Below, in pieces: positions 37,485-53,211 of a stretch of DNA of 55,085 nt. Source of the stretch: Trichinella spiralis (taxonomy: Eukaryota); NCBI RefSeq assembly GCF_000181795.1, contig NW_003526941.1:3102195-3157279 (forward strand). The letters run 5' to 3'. Numbering within the stretch: the stretch's first letter is position 1; each line of letters opens with the position of its first letter. Under the pieces are notes generated by a model. It saw only the letters and a program-made list of their open reading frames with translations. It searched no databases and was not told where the DNA came from. The position numbers and the translations under genes are program-made.

Positions 37485-39428
37485 TTAAAAATTCTCCTGC
37501 AATATACCAATAATATTAGCATCGTCCTGGATAAACTGTCGAGCACGTTCTTCTTCAACATTCAACTAAATAGTAAGAACTGGGTGAAATCGGGAATTAC
37601 AACACCAAAGTATTACTAACCTTGTATTCTTTGCTTTTATTCGCCAATACCAAGATACTATTGCTTTCCATTAGCTCGCACGCGTTCTGCACTTCAGAAC
37701 AAGTCAATTTCGGCACATTCACTTTCTGGCACACTGTCGTGTAATCTTTGTATAGCTGTAATGATTCCAAATCAAATTTATGCTAAGCTAAATTATTTTC
37801 AACGTACCGTCATCACGGAGAACTGTTTTCGCCGACTCCGACGACGCATACGCAAAATGATAGCCAGGATCAACTTTTGTTGGAAAGGCAATGTCGAAGC
37901 ACTTAGCTCAAACCGACGCTCAAACACCTCTGTAACTGTATTCGCCACATGGGCACTGTCTATTACTTTGCTCTTATCATTGCATGCCGAAGCACAGCCA
38001 TTTTGCAGAGAAATTTTACACATATCCAGTGCCTTTCGAATGTCACCAGTAACAGCAGATACTTTCCTGGCGCAATATTCCAAAGCTTGTCGATCAACAA
38101 TGTCTGTACTCTGTAAACGTATTGTGTAAGAACTTATTCGGAGAAAACGTAAAAATAACAAAAGCAACCTCAAGTCTTTTCTGCAAAATAAATGCCACCT
38201 GATCTTTGCTGTAAGGAGTGAAATGCAACAGTTGAGGTGTTTTCTTCGCTTGCAACTTCAACTTCGGCAATTCACGGTCAATCATGTCAAACGCATTAGC
38301 AATGCCTGAACAAATAAATTATAATGTACGTGCTTTTTACAAAAGGAAAGCAAAAATGTCACCAATCAAAATTATTTTTTCGCTAACATCGGGCCAGCAA
38401 AATGTTCGGTACAACATTGAATTGCTATTGCCGCAGAGACAGTCTATCTCGTCCAGGCAAATAATTCTAAAATACGGTTAATATTGCAAATGTTCCAGGA
38501 AAATTGTGAAAAATGTGTTACTTACAGTGCGTGATTCAGTTTTTTGAAATGTTTTTCCAAGGCAAAAATAAGCGCTTGAACATTTTTTCCTTTCATACGC
38601 AAACCAATATTCTCAGCAAGAAGACGGAACAAATTCAGAGGGCTTTTAGCATTCATGCAGTTCAAAAACACAATATTAACATCTTCATGAGTCTTCTAAA
38701 AAGTTGACCACAAATAATAACTGCTCATATAGAGAAAACAGTGAACTCACCTTGACCTGATTTATAACAGCTGTGACCGACATTGTCTTGCCCGTCCCTG
38801 GATATCCAGCAATATACAAACTTCCTGAACTTTCATTTTTGATGCAGTGCGTTATGAAAGTGGATATTTGATCAATTTCTTTTTCTCGACAGTATATATC
38901 CAGTTTAGCGGTAAAGCGTAACATCTTCATTGCTTTCAAAACAGATTCATCTAAAAAATATCATAAATGTTCAGAGAGAACTGTTTCGCCTTTCAAGAAA
39001 TGAAATGCGCCAAATTTAATACAAACTACCACTCACTTTTCTCTGTAGTACACCGATTTTCGTTAAGCAAATCATTTTCAAAAGTCAAAGACTTCGGAAT
39101 TGACTTCCTGGTAAATTTGGGCGTTAACAACAACGAATCATCTTTCGGAGTATCCGTCAGTTTATCATTTTTGCGAGAGTAAAAGTTCTCAGAACTGATC
39201 AGCAGTGACCTGGCTTCTTTATTTGGTTTTTTCCCTGATTCAAATTCCTCTGAAATAAATTGAAAGAAAGTGAACAAACTGAACTGTTGACGGTTCAAAG
39301 TTGGCAATACCTTCGTTAATCTCACGACATCGCTTCTGTCGCCTAACTGGAATAGAAGGAGTTGATAATGTCGAATCTTCAACTTGTTTAGCACGTGTGT
39401 AAGATCGAGTAACCCTGCGTACCATCAT
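37485..39428 (-). CDS. CDC6: Cell division control protein 6 (AAA+ replication licensing factor)
   Basis: CREKEIDQI...SGSLYIAGYPGTGKT (Walker A); IICLDEIDCL (Walker B); LIGIANAFDMIDRELPKL; FTPYSKDQV; CARKVSAVTGDIRKALDMC; LPFQQKLIL. Stop TAA at 37485-37487. Confidence 0.95.
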
Positions 39429-39496
39429 GTTCAGCTATCCGACCAACTTCGCTGTATAAGAAAACAAGGAACAATACAAAAGGTCTACTGTATATA

Positions 39497-39511
39497 TTTC
39501 ACGCGCGAAAA
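39497..39511 (-). promoter_or_regulatory. E2F site (TTTTCGCGCGTGAAA) ~70 bp upstream of the CDC6 ATG
   Basis: Perfect TTTCGCGC on the - strand, overlapping a one-mismatch TTTCACGC on +. It is a CpG-rich word in very AT-rich DNA, and CDC6 is a canonical E2F target. Confidence 0.65.
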
Positions 39512-40259
39512 CAAGTACCTAAGTTACTTAAATTACCGTATAACAAAGAAAATAGGTTAATTATTGTTTACAAATTCCAATGGCATAAAAATCATATAAA
39601 TTTAATTTTTAATTTAAAAGTAACAGAATACATTAAATTGGTATATTTATAATTATTTTAATAATGAATAAAGGAATGATGATTATGGTTACAGTATCTA
39701 TTGTTCTTTGCTAAATTGCTTTAAAATTAAATATTATTAAAAATATGTATTAAAAAAAAAAATATATATATATGTTCAGGAATAAATTTGATCTATTCAA
39801 AGTGCCAATACTTTATCTTTTTTACGTTTTTAATTTTTTATTGAGAACTGTTTATACTTGTGTTTTAATTATGTAGAAATTTTTATTTTATGCAGTGAAT
39901 AATGTTCCATTTCATATAGAATGTTGAGAATAATGAAAGTAAAGTAATGGCTAAAGGAGCAACGATTTCCAGACTTTTAAAATTTGACTAGATTATTTTT
40001 TTTCATTAATACATTACCGTAAGCGTTACTGTACTTTTATATAACATTAAAAATCGTCATTTGATGTAATGTTTGTTAAGGCTTTGCCACTTTGAGCATT
40101 GTTTAAAAATGAGTAGCTTTGTTAATTTGCTTGTTGAAAGAACTGCTTGTTCACCTGTTTGTTTCAGCAAACATATGTCTCGTCTACAATTAAACCTAAT
40201 TTAATCGAAAACAGTCATTCACTAACCAGATCATTTGATGAAACAGATTGTTTTTCGAG

Positions 40260-41928
<1,669 letters not shown>

Positions 41929-42296
41929 TATTTTTGAATATCTGTTTTTCAGAATTTCTTTACTACAGACTTATTATTTTGATTAAAAGTGAAACTGAAG
42001 TGTATATTTTGTAGCATTTGAATTTTTCAAGCTTATGATAATCCATGAGCATTGCTGTGTTGACTTATCATATTTATTGTATTATTGTTTTTTTTGCGAA
42101 ATAAGTTTTTTGAGGATATTGATATAAGCTGTGTGAACAGTTATTTTATACAATTGTATTGTGAAAATAACTTCGTAATTTTTCCATAGGCAATATCAAT
42201 TGATGCTGTTGATTTGTTCTTGAATATCAATATTATGAATATGTACGTACAGTAGGTATACATTAGTAAATAGTGAGCAAAATTTTTTGTTGGGGG

Positions 42297-43458
42297 ATGA
42301 TTGGAATAAATGATAAAGATAGTTGTTCTTGTGAAAGCACATGCGATTTAGCAGAAAGACTAGATAACCTGTTTAAACGTATTGCTAACATACCAGAAGC
42401 TTTCTTCCGTGACCAACAACGAGGAGAAGCAGATTTTACATTTGAGCAACGACTAAATATCGTCCGAAGTACATACGAACAAATGCCGGTAAAATTTTTG
42501 TCCAAATATTCATGTTACATTGAAAAAGGTGAACTTGATCTCTTCGAACCGTACAGTGATCAGACGATGGAATATCATATCGAACGTAATTGTAATACCA
42601 GTTAAAAATGCCGAATTGAAAAAAATTATTTAAGGAATTAAAAATTCTGGTACAAAAGAAGCAGCTTTTCGAATAAAAAATCGTCGATTTTCGAAGTTAA
42701 AGCAACTGATCTCTGAAGGAACTTACTTCAGTGATCGTGAGATGCGTCAACGTGATCCTTGGCTTTACTATCATATGATTGGCCGATTTTTAACCGAAAA
42801 TGAGTCAAAAGCGTTATTTTATTCACAAAACTCTCAGTACAAATTCAGTGATCTTCTTCTGGATTTTCATGACAATAAAAAGGTATAGAAATTGTCATTT
42901 CATGGGCATGTTTTATGTAAATGTTCCCTTTTATGAACGATTCTTTCAGGTGAACGATGAAAGAGTGAAAAGGGAAAATTCCTATCGAAAGGAACCGAAG
43001 AAATTTTTTTCTTGTAAATTTTACTTAATATTTCAATTATTCACAAGCAGAAGTTTGTACTTTTGCAGATGAAACCAAGAAAACTGAAACAACGATTTCT
43101 GAGGAAGAAAAAGAACGTTTGAGGAAGGAATTTGTCATCATTATGCACGAATCTTTTCTCGAAGGTCGTGACAAAGAATTCGATTACAGGTAACGGTTCT
43201 CTGATCCTAATTGTTATATTTCTTATTAGAACTATTGTATGTTATATGTTAGCTCATTGAAAGTGAAAAGTAGTTGAAAAGTGTACTAGCGTGTAATTAG
43301 TAAACATAGGCTACAGATATAAATTTTATTATAACATAAATACAAGAGATTTAGTATTCTACTGTTTTAGTGAAGTCGATGAAAATTCCAAATATGATGA
43401 TTATGTTCGGATAAATCAAGATGCAGAAGATAAATATTTTGAAGACAGTGATGATTAA
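42297..43458 (+). CDS. CCDC97: Coiled-coil domain-containing protein 97 (DUF2052)
   Basis: IKNRRFSKLKQLISEGTYFSDREMRQRDPWLYYHMIGRFL and EFVIIMHESFLEGRDKEFDYSEVDENSKYDD...QDAEDKYFE match CCDC97 motifs; QQRGEADFT near the N-terminus. Confidence 0.88.
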
Positions 43459-43593
43459 TGCGATCATTAAAAATGACACAGTTTTTCGATATGATATTGT
43501 AAATTATCAACTTGGTTCCGCACTTATAGTCTGAAAAACAGGAAGTACATATACCAAGTAAGTTGACAAAGTGTGTATTCAATTACAAGGTCA

Positions 43594-44581
43594 TCACAGT
43601 TCCAGTGCTTCTTCGTTTTCCACTACTGTTTCCACCAGGTGTGGCCTTACAAATGCTCCTCGTTTGTCCTTACATTGAAAGTATCGTTTTCCATTTACTG
43701 ACCCGTCATGTTTGCCAACCTCTTCGTCGTATTCCACTCCTATCCACAATCCTGGTTTGAAATCTGTTTCACCTAAAATAAAATCAACAATAACATCTAC
43801 TAACGAATAAGCATTGCAGTTTACCGATGTAAGCAATTTTTCCTCTTTTCCACTCTTGAGGATCACCAATTTTAACAATACAACGCTGGCCTACCTGCGG
43901 GATATGTACAAATTATGTATGTTTGTTTGAACATTTAAAAATTTACCTGCTTATCCAAGAGGTCGATTTCCATCTCTTCCTTTGGTACAAGTTTTTCATG
44001 ATTTGGATTGTATTTGCCTAACTTGTTCTGACGCATAAAATCAAGTACAGTACCTGATAATAGATAATAAAAATAAATCTTTATGTCTAGTTTATTGTCT
44101 GAAATTGCCTTTTCTTTCTTTGTAGTCATTATCAGTCATTGAATAAGTTTCAACGTTAGCTACTTCGTATAAATTAGCAGTCTTTTGGCTTTCGTCAATT
44201 GCCTAAAAGTTCAGACGTGAATACAGCTGTTCAGAATAAAGAAGAGGAATGTTAACAGAGAAAACGTTTTACAAAATTCAATATTTACGTGAATAGTGGT
44301 TCCATCGGAAATATTTAAGTCAGTCAAGGTTTCGTTCGCATCGAAAAGTTTCAATTTTTGTCCATCCGGCTTTACAATCTGAAGTGTCATGCATGAAAAT
44401 GGAATTCCCGTCAGCATTTCCACTTTCTTCTAGAATTGGACAACTTGTATAAATTTTCATCTAGACAGAAGCTTACTTTAAGTTCCCCAACGGTGATTTT
44501 TAATGGAAAACGCCTTCTAGAGTAGAATGTTTGTACATCGCTGGTAACCACTAGATCGATGAATTCTTTAGAAGATTCCAT
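43594..44581 (-). CDS. TBCB: Tubulin-folding cofactor B (Ubl + CAP-Gly)
   Basis: N-terminal Ubl ([21 protein letters not shown]), [15 protein letters not shown], and CAP-Gly [34 protein letters not shown]. The model needs a GC-AG intron at 44108-44054. Confidence 0.93.
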
Positions 44582-45777
44582 TTTATTAGCTAAAATAAAT
44601 AAGTTTCTCTTCAATTAAGTACAGAAACACTGTTTTTCAGCTGTAAGTATCCTGAATAAATGAAACATTTTATTTTGCAAAAGTTTCAAGTGAGCATTTC
44701 TGAAAAATTACAGTGAAAATAGAATATCAGTAATCGATGTTAAGGATATTTTTCCAACGTGAAGATGAAATTGCGCATGCTCGGCAATTTTTATGATATC
44801 AGTAATTTTACTGTAAAATAATAAATCGTTACTGTAAAAAATTGTACCTGCGAGATGTAAGTGAACTGTAACATTGTAATTTTTTATGCATTTGAATAAT
44901 TCTAATATTATTATGTTAATTATTGCATAATTATGCACTTATATTATAATTTATATTTATCTTTTCTGTTTCATGCATTATTGAATGATTATTCTTTATG
45001 AATCGTAAATAAGTATATTGCTATAAAGCTGGTAAATTATACTTTTTAAATGGCACAAAATCATTTTTATTTTGTAAAATATATTATTTTACATTTATGT
45101 AATGTGATATATACATATATTATATAGGTATGTACAGCGTGTGTATATGTATTATATAATTATTAATTAAAAAATTCTTTGTTTATAAAGCTTAATATTT
45201 CCTTTATAACCATTTAGATGGTGAACATTTGTTATTGAGCTTTATTCTATATTAATTTTAAGTTATTCAGTTACTAATTTTAATTGTTTTGCTACCTGAT
45301 TTGTTTTATCTCACTTACTTTTTTTTGATTTGGTTTATTGATCATGTAAAACAATTTTTTTTCAAAAATTATATTTACTAATTTCTTTCAAATGACAAGT
45401 ATAGTCTGAACAATTCTGTTTAATTTTTTTTATATTTAATGTTCATTAGTTTTCATTTATTTGAAATTTAGCGTATTTTACTTCAGTTTTTGGCTTTTCA
45501 GTTTGCAAAAATGGTAAGCATTCAATGGTAAGCATTATGAATAGCTTATCAAAATATATATTGCCTTTAGGTTGTTTGTAGAATGACGCCGCGTATGCAA
45601 ATATGATATCTGTAAAGGTAAACCCACCGATGAAGAAAGTTGAGAAAATAGTTGTTCAGCAGCGAGTGGATTACTTGAATTTAGCATTAACTGAATTGGT
45701 AATTTTGCTACGATTTTTTGAGGTTCATGATTAACAGAAATTTTTAATACAATTAATTAGTTTTGACTTAGAGCGTG

Positions 45778-47731
45778 ATGGGTCGTAACGATAACGTAAG
45801 CTCGCCAGTTACAGAAACAGTAATTGATGCTCGAAACTCTTCATTGTGGGACAAAATGGAAGGTTTATCAATTTGTCATTAGTCGTTATTTTTCTTGCAT
45901 TTATTGTTACTATTATTCTAGATTTGCCGTTGGATATTTGTATATATCTTCCTGATCACAGGGGAATACAGTTCAGTGTTGCGGGAGGACGACATGCCAA
46001 TGCAGAACAACTGGGCAATCTGGTGTTCGACGAATTAAGTTTGGAAAAGTCTTCAGCTGAAGAAGCTTTGACTCTTTGGATGTGCTCACCTCTGTTGTGT
46101 GTGTTCTTTTGATGGGCATTGGGTTCATATTGAAAATTATATTTCAAGTTTAGCTATTCAACTGAAAGCTCATCACGTACCATTTCAAATACGCAGACTG
46201 TGGATGCGTTTTCTTCGTCGCTATTCTCATGGACTCGATGAAGAGATGACAAGTGATGAACCATTGCTGATCCTTCAGCGCAATGTACTTTTAACAGTGC
46301 AACGACAACGAGAGGTAATTATATTCAAACTTACTTTTATTATTTACAGTATGATTAAGAAATACTGTATTGAAATTTTGACGGCACAGTTACAAGAGCG
46401 GCATGAAAGCCTTCTGGAAATACTGTATTTGCACGCAAAAGAGAGCATACTCAATGGTTATTGTCTGTGTCCGTTGGATTTGTGCCTGCGCTTGGCCAGT
46501 TTGCAAATGGCCGTTGAATGGCGCTCGTTCAGTTCTCAACATACCGGGATTACGTTAAGGTTGGCGAACAGTGTAGTAGGTTAATGTACAGAAAATATGG
46601 TTGCAGGGAATCATTGGCAAACTTTTTGCCAGCACATGTCCTTACATCTGTGAGGAGCTGGTCACTGTTCGGTTGGACCATTCCATTTTTTAAAGGTTCT
46701 GAGGATCGTTTACTCAGCATGTATAAAGCTGTCGCAGAATGGTCTAAATTTCGACTTTACAATGCATACGTTGATCTCTGCATGAAATTGCCTTCATATG
46801 GGTAAGTGCAATTGTTTTTTGAACAACATAGTGAAAAGTTTCCATTTTTGGAGGCTGTTTCTTATTAGCTGGAAAAGTGAGGAACAGGGAAGTTTATAGT
46901 AAATGAAATTTTGCATGATAGGCACTTTTATAAACTTAAATTCCCAAATTGGGTTATTGTTTATATATATTATAGTAATTTTTTATCAACTGGAAGGATG
47001 CATGTAGTTGGTGTTTGAATCCGTGACTTTCGACGTGCAGGAAGGTGTCATTCACAGCATCAAATGTATTTATTTGATTATCAAGAAGCAAAAACAAGGA
47101 GTGTTTATAAAAATAGCGAATTGAAAAACATTTCTGTTGAAGTTTATGTAAACTTGAAATTGCAAAGCAGCAATTTTTAAGACAGTGAATAGGCAAACAT
47201 GAAAACTACTTTAGGGCTGCAGTTTTTGCAGCTGAGTTGGAAATGCGTTCTCGTTGGCGAATGCATTACCGATTGTCAGTGTGCGTTTCAATAAGCCGAT
47301 GTTGGATAAGCGTTTGGGAAGCAACTTGCAACAAATCTCACTTGTTCACTGTCGCTTTGCGTCGTTGCCAATTTTGGCTTTTGGACGACGATCTGGACCA
47401 ATTTGATGACAATTTTCCTGCACTGTTGTTAATGTTCGGCGAGAAGCAGAAAGACAATGGACAAAAGCTGTTGGTGACGTTGTTTTCCAAACAAGCGCCC
47501 CTGATGGAAGCATTGTTGAATAGTTTCTGCACAGAGCAGCAGTTTGCAGCTGATGCTCAGGTTGCAATAGACTGTGAAAGTGGATTATCATTTCAAAATC
47601 GACTTTCTCAAATCAGTGCGGTTCGATTTTACAACTGCGAGGAACTGAGTGCGAAAATACCAGCCTATTTGAAAAGCAGATTGGAAAGAAAATTAAATAT
47701 TCACCGGGACAGTTCGAACGAATCATTGTAA
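45778..47731 (+). CDS. FRMD8: FERM domain-containing protein 8 (iTAP/Bili-like)
   Basis: LTLWMCSPLL|..QLKAHHVPFQIRRLWMRFLRRYS...DEPLLILQRNVLL...LEILYLHAKESILNG...LPSYG..F and LFSKQAPLM align with recalled FRMD8 motifs. The start codon is tentative. Confidence 0.8.
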
Positions 47732-47987
47732 CTGTTTTATTTAAATTTTTTAAATCTTAAAAATGTTGAAATATGTTTATTTTTCATTTCAATATTCTGG
47801 ATTCATTTTATTTTCTGATTCTTTTTTTTCACGTATTCACCCACTAACTGCGGGACCATGTGGATCAGCCATTGAACGTATTTTTGTTGCATTCGTTGAA
47901 ATATCGTCGTCGTCGAGCACAATCAACGTTGTGTAAATGAGAAAATTTTTTTGAACTCAACATGAAGTGTGAAAAGGGAAAAAAGAA

Positions 47988-49076
47988 TTATTGAAAATGG
48001 GATTGAACAGCATAACATAGTTCAATCAAACTCTTGTCGTAGAGTTTGCGTTGCAAGCATAATTTGACAACTAACGATTCAAGTTCTGCCGTGTGTTTGT
48101 CCACCGCATTTGGATGCAACTTGCGCAAACTGTGTGCCAATTTCAAAATATATTCCACATTGCTTCCGCTCCGACCTTTGCTGTTGATAATCTGCAAAAC
48201 AGTTACGATTAATTAAAAACCAACGACAAGGTTATGTATGTTTATTTGTTCTTTTCACTCGTTCCGCAATCTGCTCCAGTGATTCACCAATACAGAACAT
48301 CGGATTGGCAATCTGGCACGAGATGTAAATATTCACGGGAAATTTTGGAGTTCCATCAGCTGGGTGGAATATTTCTGTCACCACGAAATAGCCGGCTCGT
48401 TCACGATAATTTAAATATTCTCTAACTTCATCAGCTTTATCCGTAGCAACTGAGTATGTTAAGCCCCAAACTTCAGCCTAATCAGTAACATAATTTCAAT
48501 TATTCTATAATACTATAATTCGTTTTCAACCATAAATACAATTTTCGAATAGAAATTCATCCTGATATATGATACAATTATGAATAGCTGTGAGACAATA
48601 AAATGGCGAAGCAGATTTGACATGCACGTACGTAGCAGCTGCTTTCTCTGCTTATTAGTTAACATGGTTCTCAAATCATTGAAAAATGGAGTTATAAATG
48701 TTTTTAAAACTTCAAACTGATAGAGCGATTAACGTCGTCTCCAGAGGATAGGTTACTTAAGATTCTTTTTTTCAAATACGTATAAAGCTTCGCAGCATAA
48801 GTAAAACTCATTTTGAATTGTTGAAGCAGTAAAAAAACACTGAAAGATAAACTTACATTTTCTTCGGGCACTAATGTTACAACCCGGCCAGGCTATAATA
48901 AAATGTTTCCGTGAAGAATATGCTGAAAAATCATTACCTACATTCTGCTCTGTTCCACGATGATCCGGACTCGCCTGACAAAAGCGCCGGCTATAGCCGA
49001 AAATGTAACCAACAGTACAGTTTATGTAAGGAAAATTTGGATTCCATAAAAGAGAACCGTATCCGAAAACATGCAT
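47988..49076 (-). CDS. CHAC: ChaC-family glutathione-specific gamma-glutamylcyclotransferase
   Basis: MHVFGYGSLLW; RRFCQASPDHRGT..PGRVVTL; YLNYRERAGY (catalytic Glu); GRSGSNVEYI. Confidence 0.93.
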
Positions 49077-52000
49077 GGAAAATACACGCAGAAAAATCAG
49101 TTTATTTCCATCGACTTCAAAACTCTTAAATGAACGTTCAACAAAGCTTGCTGTACAATGAGACAAAATGATAGTCAAGTACAAATTGTGTAATATTGCA
49201 AATGATCGCTGACAGTCGTTTTCTCTCTAACATATGACCTTGGTCCAATCTTTTCTGAGGGAATAATGAACTGTGCATTTTTTTTATCATGAAACTTTGG
49301 ATTTTACTGATGGCACTGCATTCGTCAAATTCCTAAAACATAATATATTTATCTTTCTATCACCAAAGCAAGCATCTTAAAAATGAGACATTCAACATAT
49401 TTGTTTTATTATTTATTGGTGACGGGAATTAATTTTAGGTAAATATAGTCGACGTTGTCGGTTGAAATTAGAGAAATAAACGCTTTATTGGTATAATGTA
49501 ACAATCAGTGAAGAAAGAATATGATGATGATGTTAGTGATGTTTACCAACAGCACTCATGTCATCGCCGGTCGTCTGTGGCTGAAGTGGTAAGCTTGTTT
49601 TATTTTCAATTTTGTTTTTTACTGTTTTTCTTTTATTTCTTAGTCCAGCTTTGTTTTCTGCCGTTCAATTTTATGGCTGTTGTTTATTTATGAGATTTGT
49701 GTAAATTCATGTGTGTTTTTTGAATTAGATTTCTTAAATTCTAATTACGGGTGTTGTTGCGTTTTGTCTGCTCAACATAATGGGGGAATGTTTTTGCATT
49801 TTGTCTTCTTTTGCAAGCAATTGAATTTATCGTTACATCTAAAGTTTTCTAGAGCAGCACAATTTCTCAATTTTTACAAATACAAGATGATCTGCATAAT
49901 TTATGATGTTTACAGTTCATTCAAATATTAAAATCACACATTAATATCGTATATTTAATTTAGCGACTTTATATTTAAATTTATTTTCTTTTGCATATTC
50001 AGAATTGTTCATTAAAGAGGTGAAATTTAATGATTTGCAAGGCCCATTTTTGAACTTTGCCCATTATTCACATTGTACATTGCTGAAAGTGAAAATAATA
50101 ATTGAAAAAATATTTATATCATATGGATGAATAGTCTGCATAAATAAATGTCAATAATTCATGTAAGATATAATTGTACTCGTGAAATAAATAAATTCGA
50201 ATTGTCTGTAAGAAGTATATTAGGGTAGTTGTTCTTTCTACTTGATGTATTGGCAGTGGAATATAGATGTGTAAGAAATTTTCTTCAGTTTTTGCGAATA
50301 TGAAGACCAAGAGGATTCAGTTGGGTGTACTGTCATATCTTTTATATTTTGCAACATGTCAGTATTGCAATGTTTTAACGACGGTTTATTAGATAAAAAG
50401 TAAATTGTGTTTAGTTAGGATGAAATTATTGTTATAAGCGAAATAGCTGATATTCTGCATGGTTTAAATAAATATATGATATAAATGTAGTGGAAAATAA
50501 TAAACAAATGTAGTTAACACTAGTTGCTAATCTTCATTGGTAATTATATAAATTGATGTATATCCATTGAAACGAGCACAAGGATGTTTTATATTGATGA
50601 TGTCAAATAAATAAATTTGCACGTTAATAATAATTTTCATAATCCTATACGAAATGTAATTATGAAGTGTTCATTGAAATAATGAATTGATGAAATTTGT
50701 ACGCTATTACAAATTCAAAATTAGGTTATTTGACTTAAGGTAGTCTATTTTGCTTTTGGCATAATTTCCTTACTGCTGCTTTACTAATTTTCAGTTTCAT
50801 AGTCTGTTATTGAGTGTATGGTCATGATGGTACGCTCTGAACTGCAGTTCTCTCCTACAGTTAATATTTATGCTTTCATAAGTGAGAAAGACATTCTGTG
50901 CTTTCTATTTGCATGAATCTCCTGACTGCTCTCTTTTTATCATATATATGTAGATGCTTCAGTTTGTGCAGCTGTAAGTTAGTGGTATGCACTGGCTGAG
51001 GATTTGTTTTTCCACTGGAACACCGGACTGGCATCCATAAAACAGATATATTTTTTCAGTCTACTTCATTATTATTTCTTCAGAATGTTTCATCACACTT
51101 TGAAACAACCCAAGAATAAGATTGATATCAGCGTTCAAAAGGCAATTATTTTACTAATATGATATTTTTGATTAACTATAAAACTGTTGAAAATGGATTC
51201 AGTGTATAGAATTTTTTGAAATTTCACATCTAAGGTAACAAGTTGTTTTAATAGGTTGGGATTGCTGCCTATTTCAAATTGAAATTTTTTTCCTACTAAG
51301 ACGACATGAGATGGAAAATTATTATTTACAATATTTTTTAGTTTCAGTGCAGATTGTTTTGGTCGAATAGCTACATAAACGTTGTTTCTCTAGCATAGGA
51401 GAGTAACTTTTCTTTAAAACTCGTCTTACCAGTAGTAACAAGGCACTTGTCTATCAACGTTGATATAGATTGTGCTAATAAGTTTCATTATTAAATAAAG
51501 TTATTCACTCTGTGTCATTATCGTATTACTGACGGGAAGTTGTTGTTCTACTAGAGGCAAAGTAGTTATGTATTTGCATAATTTGCTTAACATTATATTA
51601 CTTTTCAGAATAATTCTTCCATCATCATCAGTCATTTGGATATTCAACATGGTAACACATGTGCTGAACTGGAATTCCCCTCTCCAATATCATCAGTGAT
51701 TAAAAGGTAAGGCAAGTTTGATAATGTGATGCGCATATATGCTTGCCATTTGCATGACCTCACAAATATGGTGAATGGGAACTAATTGGTATCTGTTCTT
51801 AGATGATGAATAGGTGTTTTATTATTTTGAGATGACTAGAACTTCACTATTCATGTCAGTTAAAAATGAATGCTACTAATAATACGTCTTATGGAAATTA
51901 AGTAGAAAACGCAATGAATTTAAAATAGCATATTAAAGGTATTTTTTTATTTTTTCAGATGTCACATATGCAAAAGTGCATCTACTACAGTTTCAAAAAG

Positions 52001-52966
52001 GTCATTTGTTATATTCAAATAGTCTGCGAGAAACGTTCTTTGAATGTTTCAAAACGCAGCGGGCAGTTATCATTCCCTACGTACGTATCCGTATTTGCTG
52101 ATGAAAATATGTAAGCAATACTATATTGTTATTATATTTAGCATTTCATGTATCACTTGTATGAATATGTATGATTACATAAACCAATATAAAATGGTTA
52201 CATAACAAATAATTTATAACCGATAGAACTGCATGATGATTATGTTTTGTTCCGAAAATGTTTGTTTGCCATGTCATTGCTTTTTCATAACTAATCATTA
52301 ATAACTATTTTGGTGATGGAAATGCTTGCAAGCTTTTAACGGTGGAGCAAAGACAATATATAATTATAAAACAATTATTTTTTTATCTTTCTTTGATTTA
52401 TTCAATACGTAAATTTTAAGATTCTAGAGAAATTAGCATCACCACGGGTAAGTATAATAGTAAAATTCTAATTAAATGCACTCTTATTCGTATGGATTAC
52501 GTTTTATATGGTTGTTTTAGATAATGTATAGAGAAGCTTTGTTTCCTCGTTATTCGTCAAATGTCAAAAATCCTGTAAGCTGTTTTACTATTCGATTTAT
52601 GTTTTCTTTTTGTATTCTGAATTATACACATTTTAGGTGAATTGTTTTGCAATGGGTGAAAAGTAATCGAAACAGTTTGGGACTGAATGAAAAAGTTGTT
52701 TGGAACGCGTTGCTTTGTTTGAAAACTTGTCGTGGTTAACTTCGGGTAATTTACAGGTATTTTTTACAGTGAAGATTTTTTAGTTGGTAAGTCTGGGTAA
52801 GTATTTTTTGCAGTTAATATTCTAGTTCCATCGATTCTTGATTGAAAAGATTTGAAAAGTATTTCAGTAAGTATTCAAATTCAGGTAGGTAATTTTAAGT
52901 CGAGGGAAGAGAGTGCACCGGTATAAAGGGAGGAGATGAGTTGGAGAGGGAGTTGTTGGAGGGAGG

Positions 52967-53170
52967 AGATGAGATGGAGGGGGAGATGAGATGGAGGGGG
53001 AGATGAGTTGGAGGGGGAGATGAGTTGGAGGGGGAGATGAGTTGGAGGGGGAGATGAGTTGGAGGGGGAGATGAGTTGGAGGGGGAGATGAGTTGGAGGG
53101 GGAGATGAGTTGGAGGGGGAGATGAGTTGGAGGGGGAGATGAGATGGAGGGGGAGATGAGATGGAGGGGG
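52967..53170. repeat. 17-bp G-rich minisatellite (AGATGAGWTGGAGGGGG) x12
   Basis: Twelve consecutive units differing only at one A/T position, with degenerate units on both flanks (52925-53188). Confidence 0.95.
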
Positions 53171-53211
53171 AGATGAGGAGTTGGGAAGTTGCAAACTGTA
53201 ATTTTTAAAAT

